Position numbers and translations under genes: made by a program. DNA of 63,983 bases, filler included, from Octopus bimaculoides (Eukaryota), in assembly GCF_001194135.2 (NCBI RefSeq). It is 7 parts of 7 records of this genome, joined end to end, with 100 filler letters (N's around TTAATTAATTAA, not from the genome) between each part and the next. Parts side by side here need not be neighbours in the genome. Positions count along the whole stretch, not along the records: positions 34,191 to 47,895 come from NC_068985.1; positions 47,996 to 52,377 come from NC_068984.1; 5 more parts are not named here. One strand, given 5' to 3'. Each line of letters begins with the position of its first letter. The stretch's first letter is position 1. Under the pieces are notes generated by a model that searched no databases, was not told the DNA's origin, and saw only the letters and a list, made by a program, of their open reading frames with translations. This document shows, piece after piece, positions 38,036 to 50,249 of this stretch.

Positions 38036-39835
38036 TCCGAGACAGGGACTTCCTCTCCAGACGGATCTTACTCCGCAGATGATAGTTAAAAAAAAACTAA
38101 TCAACCCGTGTCCGGAGATGAATTTACCTGTCTCAACTCCTCTTCCACGCGTCGTCCATATTGTGTCTTTCAGTATGGCCACTACGCAGAAGAAACTTAC
38201 CATACGTTCCTTGTTAAAGGAAAAAGGTGGTATAATTTTTGTAACCGACTCAGCCGACAGCTGTACTCTTTCTGTTTCCGACATCAGCCGTTCGGCATAG
38301 GCAATCAGCCCCTTTACTTCCTCACAATGCACAAAGGCATGCGGAACAGTTTCACTGTCCCGTATGCACATCGGGCATGTAGGAGGGACGCCAAAACATG
38401 CCGTGACTGCCTCTCTCGAACTGGTAAAGCCCCTCGATAGATCAACCAAGCCAGGGATTTCTGGAAATTATCCAGGTTCCCCGGCCCGAATGTCCTACCG
38501 AAAAGACTGGCTAATTGGTCTCCATCGTAGCCTAGCGTTTCCCCTGGGACGTCATCAGGCTTGGCCGCTACTAATCCGCTATAGAAATCCGCAGTGGTAG
38601 CCTCGTTGCCAGTATTGCCCGCCTGAGAAAACAGNNNNNNNNNNNNNNNNNNNNNNNNNNNNNNNNNNNNNNNNNNNNNNNNNNNNNNNNNNNNNNNNNN
38701 NNNNNNNNNNNNNNNNNNNNNNNNNNNNNNNNNNNNNNNNNNNNNNNNNNNNNNNNNNNNNNNNNNNNNNNNNNNNNNNNNNNNNNNNNNNNNNNNNNNN
38801 NNNNNNNNNNNNNNNNNNNNNNNNNNNNNNNNNNNNNNNNNNNNNNNNNNNNNNNNNNNNNNNNNNNNNNNNNNNNNNNNNNNNNNNNNNNNNNNNNNNN
38901 NNNNNNNNNNNNNNNNNNNNNNNNNNNNNNNNNNNNNNNNNNNNNNNNNNNNNNNNNNNNNNNNNNNNNNNNNNNNNNNNNNNNNNNNNNNNNNNNNNNN
39001 NNNNNNNNNNNNNNNNNNNNNNNNNNAGCCGTTCCAACTTGTTCAGCAAAAAATTGGGGCAAGGCACGACGGTCAGGCGGTAGGTTATCACAGATGCAAC
39101 CTCCGCCCTCCCTAGCAAAGATAACGTCCTTCCAGACCAGGTCTGGGTTAGGGTAGTCACCTTGCCTGTGATCTCACTCCAATTTTTCTCTATCTGGAGG
39201 CCTGGACCAAACCAGACCCCGAGCAATTTAACAGGACCCTCCGTCCAGCGACCCACGACGCTGTTGGGAGGAGTTGGCGTGCCTCTCCAGGTGCCGAGCT
39301 GCAAACCAACTGATTTTTCCTGGTTAAGTTTTGCACCTGCCACCGTCTCGTATCTTTTGATGGCGTCTTCTACCAAAAGTAGCTGCCCTTCGTCCGACAC
39401 GATGATGGTGACATCGTCCGTATACGCCGTCGCAATTCTTCCGTAACACAGATCACGAGGATCGCCCCCAGCCGCCTCCAACCTCCGCAGCAATGGCTCA
39501 AGAGCCAGTACGTAGAGAAGCGGAGACAGGATACAACCCTGTCGAACCGAACGCTCGATTGCGAACGGCTTCGAGAAGAAACCGTTCACCCGCATTACAG
39601 ACTCGATGTTGCTATACATAGCGCTGATTCAGCCACGAAAGGTCAGCCCCAGTCCAGCCGCTGCGAGAACAGCCCCCAGATACCGATGGTCCACCCTATC
39701 GAATGCCTTAGACTGGTCCAAATTCACCAGTGCACCACCTTCGCCAGGAACTTTACTAATCTGATCAATACAAACATTAAACAATCCTTGCCTCGACATT
39801 TCTGCAAAATGTACGTGGCAGCGACCCATCACTCA
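38036..39835 (-). mobile_element. Tx1-like LINE ORF2 (RT domain to zinc finger), both ends truncated, with an internal gap
   Basis: LDQSKAFDRVDHRYL; SVRQGCILSPLLYVLALEPLL; AYTDDVT; C-terminal CPMCIRDSETVPHAFVHC. Confidence 0.95.
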
Positions 39836-40039
39836 CTGCCCCCAAATGGAAGATCCCATACATAGAGAGTTGGCTTGCCGAAACGGCATATTGCCTCCCT
39901 TTCTTTATTCTTACTGAAATTCACCTAAACAGTACCCACATGGATGCCGAGATGAAAATGAAAGATTTCACCAGCTGTCTTTGGCCTGGCAGTGCTACTG
40001 GTGTTTTGAAGCCAAACATAAAGGGTGTATTGTCAGAAT

Positions 40040-40895
40040 GCGCTAAAACATGAAGGAACTAAAGCCATCCGGTTGACCCGAACGGTGGAGACGCAACGTG
40101 AAAACAACACCATGATCAAGACCTTGATGGATCAGGACGGGCGCTTGCTATTCAGTTCTGAGCAGATGTGTGTAGCTTCCTACAGGCACGGATATGCTGT
40201 CAGGCGGGCTTGTCCGAGGTGCTCGAAGAGCGACGAAACCGTTCGGCATCCACTCGTTCAGTGTCCGGGCATTGCTGACTTATGGAGTTATGTCGAACAG
40301 CTGCTGTCGTGCCTGGGACGGAACCGTCTGTCATCCGAGTCCATAATGATGATTGCCTCACCGCCCTCCTTTAATCGACTGGCAAGGCAGTTTTCCTTTG
40401 TCTTGTGGCTGTGGCGAAAGAAGTTATCTAATGGACGAGGCTGAAAGGAATGAGAACAGAAACATTCCTCTTTGGTAAAGCCCTCATCGACCTTTCCAAG
40501 TTTCACTTGAAAAAGAAAGAGAGGATTGAGATGGAAGTGCTGTCCTCGAGTGGATTTATGGAAAGGTGGGTGAAATTTGCCAAAATGTTAAGAGTGGATG
40601 GTATCACTCTCTGTGTAGACCTGTGAGTCGGAAGAAAGGAGTTGGAGAGGTCACTCGTCCTTGGTATTCGGGGTGATCTTGGATGGTGGGTTCCTTGATT
40701 ATCCCCAGAAGTCCTCTTGTATCAGGAGGACCCCATCACTATCACTTATCTTTTCTTCTAGCCCCGTATACTATGTGTACTTCACTTTTTTTAACGTATA
40801 CCGTGTATACTTTCTTTTTCCGTTATATGCAAACCCCACACTATGTCTGTCTTTGTATTGTCCCCTCATCCTTCGCCCTGGTGGCAAATAAAAAA
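40040..40895 (+). mobile_element. Tx1-like LINE with the RT domain deleted internally; intact 3' end
   Basis: Pre-RT IKTLMDQDGRLLFSSEQMC is fused directly to YRHG...CPRCSKSDETVRHPLVQC; 3'UTR with aataaa at 40887. Confidence 0.85.
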
Positions 40896-41289
40896 TGATC
40901 ATTATTATTATTATCATGGCCGCCATACTGTAAAGTCACGGAAATTTGGAGCTCCGTAAGTTGAAATAGTGTTTGTAATCTTTTCGGCCTTCATTTTATT
41001 GTTATCATTGCATTTTTGAGATCGTCTGGACGGCGTAGGTAGTATTTCTGTGTAGAAACACCCCCTGTATGGCAGTGGGTGCGCATCAATATTTTTTCAG
41101 TCTGAGCAACTATTGGGAAAAAATTATATTCTGCTGATTTCATTATTCAGTTAAAGATGGCTGATAAAGAAGCGTCGGAAAAAATGAGAAGAATATAGAA
41201 TGTCCTAAACCCAATGACGTCACCGAGATAAATAATGTTTTGCATCTAAGCAACGTAAAAACTTTCGACAGCAACAGTAGCAACAGCAG

Positions 41290-44200
41290 CAGCAATAACA
41301 ATACTAAAGAAATGAAGGATAAAAACGCGAATATCGCCTCTGCTTCTTTTGCGTTTGCGGCGAGACATATGGAAAATTTCCGCATAGATAAAGATTTTAA
41401 AATGGCAAGGAAAATTGTAAAAAGGAATAGGGGAAGGGTAGCTCTAAGCCCACCATCCAACGGGTGGAAAATGCTCCTGAGAGCGAAATACAAAAATGCC
41501 TCGGGAACGTATGGGAACAAAAGACCCACATCACCCGAGGAAAGAATTTTGAAACCATTGAGGTGAGATTTGGGAAGGAAGAGGAAGCCAGGTGTCATTC
41601 CGCGACCACTTTGAGGAATGAGAACGTTCTTTTAATCACCAGCTATCGCGGCCAACGCCTTGCCAAGATTAAGGTGTTGAATGTGCCGCCAAAAATATTC
41701 ATCACCTGGTCAGTGGTGGCCGTTTTGGCAGGTCCAGAAGAAAGTGAATTGACAATATTGGAAGTCAAGAAAATACCTGAGCAAAACTGGTCTCGTATAG
41801 GTATGTAACTGACCTTACAGTCTAAGCAGGACCATATCGACCAGCTACCCGACATAATTGATCTCCCGGATGGTACTCACCTGTTGGTCTTAATGGAGGG
41901 TAGAAAGCCAAGATACCACATATGTGGATCTGTGACTCAAAGGCTTCCTGCCCTGAAACGAGAAAAATTAAACTCCCAGTACTGCCAACACTATGAACAC
42001 CACAAATGCAAAATCACGAACAAGTGCTCTAGAATCCTACACATACAGCCACGTCCACACGCATACCCACTTCCAAAGCAAGACAAAGAAGGAGTCTACC
42101 TCCAATTGCCACGGAAACGCAAGCTTCTTCTGAATGCTCTACCTCTCAAACGAACATCAACTCAATGACATGGAGAAAGTTGAACTGAACGATCAATGGA
42201 TCACAGTGACCAAAGCGAAAAGGCGAATGAGGAGGAGAGTATTTAGCCCTACTCCAAGAAATCAACAAAAACTTATTCTGAAACCACAACTGCAACACAA
42301 TTCACAGCCACTCCAACAAAAACAACAAGAACAAGAACAACAATTTCAAAAACAGTAACATCATCCACAACAGCTTGAAATCGCAGAAACACAACCAACC
42401 AATTGCGTAACTTCACGAACAAGAATATTCATCAGGCTGTAAACGAAATGTATCCATCAATTTCTCTGTTGTGAAGAATTGCAACAGTGAATTGATGGAT
42501 TTTGTAAGTGAAAACAAAAACAAAATAGAGACAGAGGGAAAGGAATTTAAGGATTTCATCCTCAAAATCCCTAAGGACAGATTTTTAATTAAAACGTCAT
42601 CAGACGTTTATAAATCTATAAGAGAAAATTTCCCAGGTAATATGGGGATTTTTAAAAAATCAATTGATAAAAGGCTGTTGGAAGGGCCTTTTAACAAATT
42701 TTCGTCAGTAGAGAGGCCCGAATGTTCCGGGCTTCTCGAAAATCAAGGTGAGTAACCTCTTTTTATTTCTCCGACGATCATGACCGTGCTGAGAACGGGG
42801 TGTGTGGATGTGCGTAACCCGGGATCGGCTTGGAAGCAAGGCCACTTGCTCAATGATCTCAGGTCACTTGATTTGGATGTGACTGCCATTAGTGAAACAA
42901 GGTTCTCCAGAAAACACACTCCAGCATCCATCTTCGAGGACTACAAGGTATTGTTACCTTGTGGTCTATCGGGAGCGGGTGGCAGTGTAGCAGCGCTACT
43001 GAGGAAATCCTTGGATCTCCAAGTACGGTCTATCTTCCTGGACCCGGATGGTTGGGAGGTGATCCTGGACGTGAATGGAAGCGAAGGTGGCGCCTTCAAA
43101 CTGGTGGCGGTTTATACCCAACAGTGGCTGGAAGGCCAGATTTCTTCAGGCGTTTAGAAGCATTCTTGGGAACGTCTCATACTTTAGTACTAGGGGGGAC
43201 TGGAATAGTATTTCGGACGCACGGAAGGACTGTGTGGGTTTAGTACATAGTAGAAGTAGGTGTAAAAGCCTCGAAAACCTGCTCGGGGCTCTCCAGCCTT
43301 CTGACAAGTACTGACTGGATTTCCCTGATATGGCAGTGTGGTCATGGAGCAACCACAGTGGGTCACCCAGAAAGTATTTAGATGGAGTATTTGTTAGGTC
43401 AGAGGATAGGGACAGCATAGATTTTCCACATTTTAAATTGGTCGATTACACAAATCACAGATTTGAGATATGCTCAGTCGATTTAGATAGGACCCGTAAA
43501 CAGGGACCCGGTTACTGGAAGTTGAATGCGTCCTTACCGGCTCGCAAAGACATCAGAGACCGAATTACCGAACTAGTTAAGCGGCAGTTGACGGGGACAA
43601 TCGTCAACAACCGGGGGGGGGGGTGCTCTGAAGAGAGCGATTAGAGCAGAATCGATTGCGTTTAGCAAAGATTTAGCAATAGAAATAAATAAATAAGGGG
43701 AAGAACTAGCTAGCAAATTAGAAGAGGCTATTAGTAAAAGTATTGAGACCCACGTGTTAGCGAGGAGAATGGCCCTTGACCATTTCTTTGAGGCGAAACA
43801 AGAAGGGTGCGTTGTCAAAGCTAAGGCCCGTGTGCTAATACAGGAAGGTACTAAAGCCGTCCGATGGCCCGAACGGTAGATAGGCGACGTGGAAACAAAA
43901 CCACGATCAAATCTTTGACGGATCAGGAAACGTGCGTGCTACTCGGTTCTGAACAGATGTGTGAGGCTTTCTAGCAGCACTTCGTGCGGCTGTTTCAGGT
44001 AGGTGATGGATCGACAACGGTAGTGAACTTTACTTCGTACATAGACAGCCTACCACGGGTCTCGGTAACGGACGCGAGATTATGCGAAAAACCAATTACA
44101 GCAACTGAAATACGGGAAGGGATGATTGATTGCACAAGTCTCAAATCACACCGTTTGGATGGTCTACCCTACGAACTCTATGTTTTCATGTTAGATTTGT

Positions 44201-45748
44201 TTGGCAGCCTCTTGGCAGATGTCTACAGTGACTAGCAGCAGAGCGGGATAATTCCTATTGCTGTTAACCGGGGTGTGTTAAAACTGCTGAGAAAGGACGC
44301 TGACAATGGGGACGTGCTGGGGAATTTTCGGCCCATAATTCCTGCTAAACATAGGGTTTAAGATTTTGGGCAAAGTGTTAATGAAAAAGTTGGTGATTGT
44401 CGTTGTNNNNNNNNNNNNNNNNNNNNNNNNNNNNNNNNNNNNNNNNNNNNNNNNNNNNNNNNNNNNNNNNNNNNNNNNNNNNNNNNNNNNNNNNNNNNNN
44501 NNNNNNNNNNNNNNNNNNNNNNNNNNNNNNNNNNNNNNNNNNNNNNNNNNNNNNNNNNNNNNNNNNNNNNNNNNNNNNNNNNNNNNNNNNNNNNNNNNNN
44601 NNNNNNNNNNNNNNNNNNNNNNNNNNNNNNNNNNNNNNNNNNNNNNNNNNNNNNNNNNNNNNNNNNNNNNNNNNNNNNNNNNNNNNNNNNNNNNNNNNNN
44701 NNNNNNNNNNNNNNNNNNNNNNNNNNNNNNNNNNNNNNNNNNNNNNNNNNNNNNNNNNNNNNNNNNNNNNNNNNNNNNNNNNNNNNNNNNNNNNNNNNNN
44801 NNNNNNNNNNNNNNNNNNNNNNNNNNNNNNNNNNNNNNNNNNNNNNNNNNNNNNNNNNNNNNNNNNNNNNNNNNNNNNNNNNNNNNNNNNNNNNNNNNNN
44901 NNNNNNNNNNNNNNNNNNNNNNNNNNNNNTGGACTCGGAAGGATAGTATCTGCATACACGGATGACGTCACCGTCATGGTATCGGATGCCTTCGAAGTGG
45001 AGACGGTCGGCTCCATTCTGAAAGAATACGTGTCGGCTGCAGAGGCTAAAATAAATGCCGACAAGTCGGTGGGATTGCGACTGGGCACATGGAGAGGCAA
45101 GTCGATGCCGTCGGAGGGCGTAGTCGGACGGCGTCATCGGACACTGGACTGACGGAGCAGTTAAACTGCTCGGGATCTGCTTTGGTCCCGGCCTCCAGGT
45201 GGATAAGAATTGGGAAGAGGTGACGAACGGGGTGACCTCTCTTACCCAGAAATGGGTAGAAAGGAAGTTGTCTCTGAAAGGTAAGACAGAGGTGGTGAGT
45301 GCCTACATCGCATCTGTCATTATTTATGGGCTGACCGCCGTGTCTTGTCCCAGTTACTGCTTGATTAAATTGGAGCGTATCCTGTTTATTTTCTTGTGGA
45401 ATGGACGCGTTCAAATGGTCAGGCGGTCGGTCTGCTGCCAACTTCTTTTGCGTGGTGACTCAGGCATGCCATGCTTTTAATGCGCAGACACGCATTCAGG
45501 TTGCACCACCTGCAGTGATTTTTAGAAGGTGAATGTGTGTAGGCTCCATTTGTGAGACATGCCTTTCCGCAGCTTGTCTCCTTGACGGAGCTGCAGTCCT
45601 GGATAAAAGATAGGCTGAGACTGGGCGACTGGCACTTAGAATATCGTCAGGCGCTCACTGTCCTCTACAAGTAGGCCAATAGGATCGGTGGATGTTCCAC
45701 TTAAGCTATTTACAGAGGACTAGTAGCGGGGAAGTGTGACGACGTTTT
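41290..45748 (+). mobile_element. Near full-length degraded Tx1-like LINE: ORF1 (~41350-42755) and ORF2 from ATG 42780 (APE endonuclease + RT)
   Basis: ORF1 KVLNVPPK...LMEGRKP; ORF2 LNDLRSLDLDVTAISETR, KLVAVY, GPGYWKLNASL, DGLPYELY, NFRPII, SAYTDDVTV; many stops/frameshifts; gap 44407-44929. Confidence 0.9.
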
Positions 45749-46630
45749 GTGGACATTTTAAAAAGAGCTTTGAGAAAAGCAAGCAAGAAAGCCACAGACA
45801 AAGTTGCTCTACAGCAATTCTTTAGGGTATACAGGGTGACCCGAACCCAAATAGACCAGAAGGAAGCTCACCAGCTGGACTGATTTTGCGAGTAAGGTGA
45901 GACCAGTTTTTGATAAACTGTTACCTGGCGAGGAAAGAAAAAGTACCAGAAAAGACAACCCAAAATTTTTCAAAATTGGTGACAAAGTTTACATGAAGTC
46001 GTATAGAAATGGAAAGCAGTACTGGGAAGAAGGCAAAATTACAAGATACATAGCAAAATGATGTACAGTATTAAAGGCAGAAAAGGTATTGAAAAAAAGA
46101 CACAAAAACCAAATGAAGAAGAGATTCATAGAAAATGAACCAGATATATTGGAAGAACCTATGGAATGGCTGTATGACACATTCCAAGTACCAACACCGT
46201 TACAAGTAGTTGAACCCACGCGTACAAGTGGAAGAAAAAGAAAGAAAAAAGAGTTCCTACAAATAGACGCTAAAAAGAAAAAAAATATTAAGTTGAAAAA
46301 AAACCGCTAAAAATGGAGGAGAGTGAATAAAGTAAAATAAAATTACTTGCTTCCCAAAGAAAAAAACTAAAAGGGGAAATGTTGTAGTGAAAATGGTACA
46401 TCCCTTCCCACGTGACAAAGTGGTATGAGAGGCCACTATAAAGTTAGAGAGTCAATCGTTGTAGGAGGTCGTTGTACGAGTTCTCAGTTAGAGTTAGTGC
46501 CATTTACGTGATATATACGAGTTTGAGTTACCGTCAAGTTAGACGTTTCAAATTCATTATTTTGCGGAGCTATCAGCGACAGTACGATAGACGAGTCAAA
46601 GATAATAAGATGCAGAATACCGCTACAACA
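45749..46630 (+). mobile_element. Gypsy-type LTR retrotransposon fragment: integrase C-terminus, PPT and LTR (46380-46630)
   Basis: TFKRALRK...LQQF.RVYRVT..SPA..VRPVFDKLLPG...FKIGDKVY...WEEGKI; PPT aaaaggggaaa directly before TGTTGTAG; LTR ends in the inverse CTACAACA at 46623-46630. Confidence 0.85.
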
Positions 46631-46689
46631 TATTAGTGGCGACAAGACTATTACAGTGCCGACGACAACATACAAGTGGACGAGGATCC

Positions 46690-47895
46690 ACCTTATAACA
46701 GAACGGTTACTATAACTTGCACGTCGCAGCCTTTTGTAATGATTCCCCATTACATGAGTAAAATGTTGACTCGAATGCGAGTCAAGAACATGCCGGTTCA
46801 CCGTGATCCGGCGAGAGTTTTAGCCATTCTGAAGGAGCATGGGGAGATTGTGGAGGTGAAGTCCACCCGACAACTCAACAGGATTGGAATTCTTATGAAA
46901 TTCCAGATACTAGTTTCTCCAGAGGAAATAAATCGCATTCCCGATTTTCTTCTGTTTCGGGGAATGCGAACAGATGCCACTTTCTATAGAAGGAAAAAAA
47001 AAACAAGTGTTTTGTGTGTGGGAATTCGAACCACCTCAAATCCTCTTGCCCGCGGTGGAGTAAGCACGAAGCTCTCCACCGTTACTACCAACTCCTGAAG
47101 GTGGGCACAAAACTATTACCTCGCATCTGCCTCCTTCCTCCGATCAGGCCTCGCAAAAGTCCTCATTAACATCGCACCAAAAGGCCTTTTGTCAGGGATA
47201 AGGGAAAAACTGAATCTGAAAAAAACAGAGTCCGGACCAAATTGAAGGCCCTAAGACATGACGATAAAAGAACAAAATCCGTCACAACACTAATTTCAAA
47301 ATAAATCAACACCGATATCAACATCTTCATCACGAGACAACCCATTTTTACAAACACATTCGCAACCACATAAAAAAAAAACACGAAAACAAAAAGAAAC
47401 ACCCGAAAAACAAAATGAGCCACAGTCACACTCTCTGGTACGTACTTCCTCTATCAACTTCACTGTTGTTCGAAAGAGCAACGTTGAACTGATTGAGGAA
47501 GTAATTCATAACAAAAACATTGTAACAAGTTAAGAAGGTATTACGGAACTTCTCCCGAAAACTCCATCGAACAGGATGTTAATCCAAACAGATACAGATA
47601 CGTACCTTGATTTTAAATAAGAATTCCCCCATGATATTGGAGGGTTTAATAAGTACCCACCAAAAAAAAAAAAAAAAACTTTCTAGAAAAATATTTCCCC
47701 ATTCCCCCCTGGACTAAAAAGAAAATTTTGTCAGCGGTCATCTCTGAAGACCAAGGCAGTAACTCTGTTTTCTTTCCTCTAAGTTAAATGGCTACACTTA
47801 GAGTTAGCTGTGTAGATGTTCGGAACCTGGGCTCGGCTTGGAAGTAGGGTCACCTGCTTAACGATCTTAGGTCCCTAAATTTAGATGTGGGATCA
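46690..47895 (+). mobile_element. Third Tx1-like LINE: divergent ORF1 (RRM + CCHC) and start of ORF2 (ATG 47788), cut by an assembly join
   Basis: RVKNMPVHRDPARVLAILKEHGEIVEV...; after a frameshift CFVCGNSNHLKSSC; ORF2 MATLRVSCVDVRNLGSAWK*GHLLNDLRSL. Confidence 0.85.
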
Positions 47896-48452
47896 NNNNN
47901 NNNNNNNNNNNNNNNNNNNNNNNNNNNNNNNNNNNNNNNTTAATTAATTAANNNNNNNNNNNNNNNNNNNNNNNNNNNNNNNNNNNNNNNNNNNNATTAT
48001 ATCTATTTGTGCCTTTATGCTTCTGTTTGTACCCTATCACCGCTTGACAATCGGTGTTGGTGTGTTTGCGTCCCCGTAACATTAGCGATTCGGCATAAGA
48101 GACCGATAGATCAATAAGCACTAGGCTTTAAAATAGAGTCCTGGGGTCGATTTGTTCAACTAAAACCCTTGAACGCGGTGCCCCAGCATGGCCGCAGTGT
48201 AATGACTGAAACAAGTAAAAGATAACATGGTATAATATATTTCATTTGTTGTATTTGGTTTGCAAGATTCTTGATGTGAATTCGTTGAAGCATATTTTAT
48301 TGTCTGGGGAGAGTTTATTTAGAAAATATATGTAAAGTAAATGAGTGGAAATCGAACAGGTGAGTGTGTTAAGTAATAAAAGCAATAAAAGAGAATGATT
48401 CTCTCCAGACACAATAATATTTATATTTATCTCTCCCTCTCTGTCTGTGTAT

Positions 48453-48637
48453 AGCGTGGTCCCGAACGCGCAGCCGCGCGTCGTCGCTAGCTAGTCGTGA
48501 GTGGTCGATCCTAACCCTATCCTTATCCCTAAACACGTATTCATTGTGTTTGGGGTTAGGGTTAGGGTTAGGATCGACCACTCACGACTAGCTAGCGCGG
48601 ACGCGCGACTGCACGACTGCGCGTTCGGGACCACGCT
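48453..48637. repeat. 185-bp CpG-rich palindrome (foldback element) with head-to-head telomere-like repeats
   Basis: agcgtggtcccgaacgcgcag...cgctagctagtcgtgagtggtcgatcctaaccct...aaacac | gtattcatt | gtgttt...gggttaggatcgaccactcacgactagctagcg...ctgcgcgttcgggaccacgct. Confidence 0.9.
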
Positions 48638-49011
48638 GCTTTAGTAGTACCTATATATATATATATATATATTCATATATCACCATCGCAGCTCCTACTA
48701 CACCATAATTTATTCTGTTGCTTTTACTGCACTTCGGACATTGAACCTGACGTCAATCGTTGAATGAAATTGCGAATGTGTTTGTTTGTATATATGTTCT
48801 AGATATTTACGTGTATACATGTTATATGGCTGTATGTATACGTATTATGTGGGCATGTGAATGTTTGTTTACACATGTTTTTTTTGGTTTGTTTGTTTGT
48901 TGGTTGGTTCTGGTTTGTTTAAAGCTTCTGTTGATAATCTATTGCATATGCCGCTAGACGGGTGGATAGGGACGTAGGCAGGAGGTGGGTAGGTAAGTAA
49001 GATAAATTGAT

Positions 49012-49055
<44 letters not shown>

Positions 49056-49166
49056 NNNNNNNNNNNNNNNNNNNNNNNNNNNNNNNNNNNNNNNNNNNNN
49101 NNNNNNNNNNNNNNNNNNNNNNNNNNNNNNNNNNNNNNNNNNNNNNNNNNNNNNNNNNNNNNNNNN

Positions 49167-49487
49167 TGGAGCACCGCCTTTAGTCGAGCAAATCGACCCT
49201 AGTACTTATTCTATCGGTCTCTTTTGCCGAACCGCTAAGTTACGGGGACGTAAACATACCAGCATCGGTTGTCAAGCGATGTTGGGGGGACAAACACGCA
49301 AACATATACACACACGTACATATATATACATATATACGACGGGCTTCTTTCAGTTTCCGTCTACCAAATCCACTCACAAGGCTTTGGTCGGCCCGAGGCT
49401 ATAGTAGAAGACACTTGCCCAAGGTGCCACGCAGTGGGACTGAACCCAGAACCATGTGCTTGGTAAGCAAGCTACTTACCACACAGC

Positions 49488-49490
<3 letters not shown>
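49167..49490 (-). mobile_element. Composite SINE, near-consensus
   Basis: Tail + CA/TA microsatellite + tRNA-like head ending cttaccacacagccac. Confidence 0.9.
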
Positions 49491-49521
<31 letters not shown>

Positions 49522-49632
49522 CATAGATAGATAGATAAATAGACTGGTGATAGCTATGCGTCTGTATATATGTAAATATACATGTGTAAACATATTTGTG
49601 GTAAACATACATACATACACACACTCACACAT

Positions 49633-50035
49633 CCCATAAATAAAGCGTTTTTTTTATATTTCTTTTATTATTCAAAATTAAGATAAACAAGGTTCTTTTT
49701 AAATCTAAAATATACTCTCCTTCATTTTCTACAATGCTCTTCCATCTATCTGGTCGACTTGCAAGGTCCCTCTTCCAAAATTCATTTGTCCAGTACTTTT
49801 CTGACCTCATCTACAGAATTCATATTTTTTTCCATTCCAAATGATTTTGAAGACTGCGGAATAAATGATAATCAGATGGGGCAATGTCCGGCGAATATGG
49901 TGGGTGGGGCATCGTTTCCCATTCAAACTGCTCCAGCCTTTGGAATGTCATCCATGTGGCCGAGCATTATCCTGACGGAAGAGCACTTTTGGTCTTGAAA
50001 CCAAAGATGGTCATTTTTCTTCTAGCGCTGACTTG
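49633..50035 (-). mobile_element. Mariner 3' fragment, same family as 2153-2640
   Basis: Aligns by eye along its length with 2160-2590; encodes the DNARPH / APPTIFAGHCP (frameshifted YSPDIAPSDY) region. Confidence 0.85.
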
Positions 50036-50206
50036 AATGACTGGTTGAATGATCAAATCCAAGCTTCTCTGCTTGTTCCTCAACAGTTACGATGGGATTT
50101 TGTACCACCAGGGTTTGCAGAAGTTCTCTCTGAGCATTATAGATCTTCCAGGACGTGAAACTCAGAGTAACAGTCTTTTGTTATATTTCTGCTGCTTTTA
50201 AATAAA

Positions 50207-50249
<43 letters not shown>

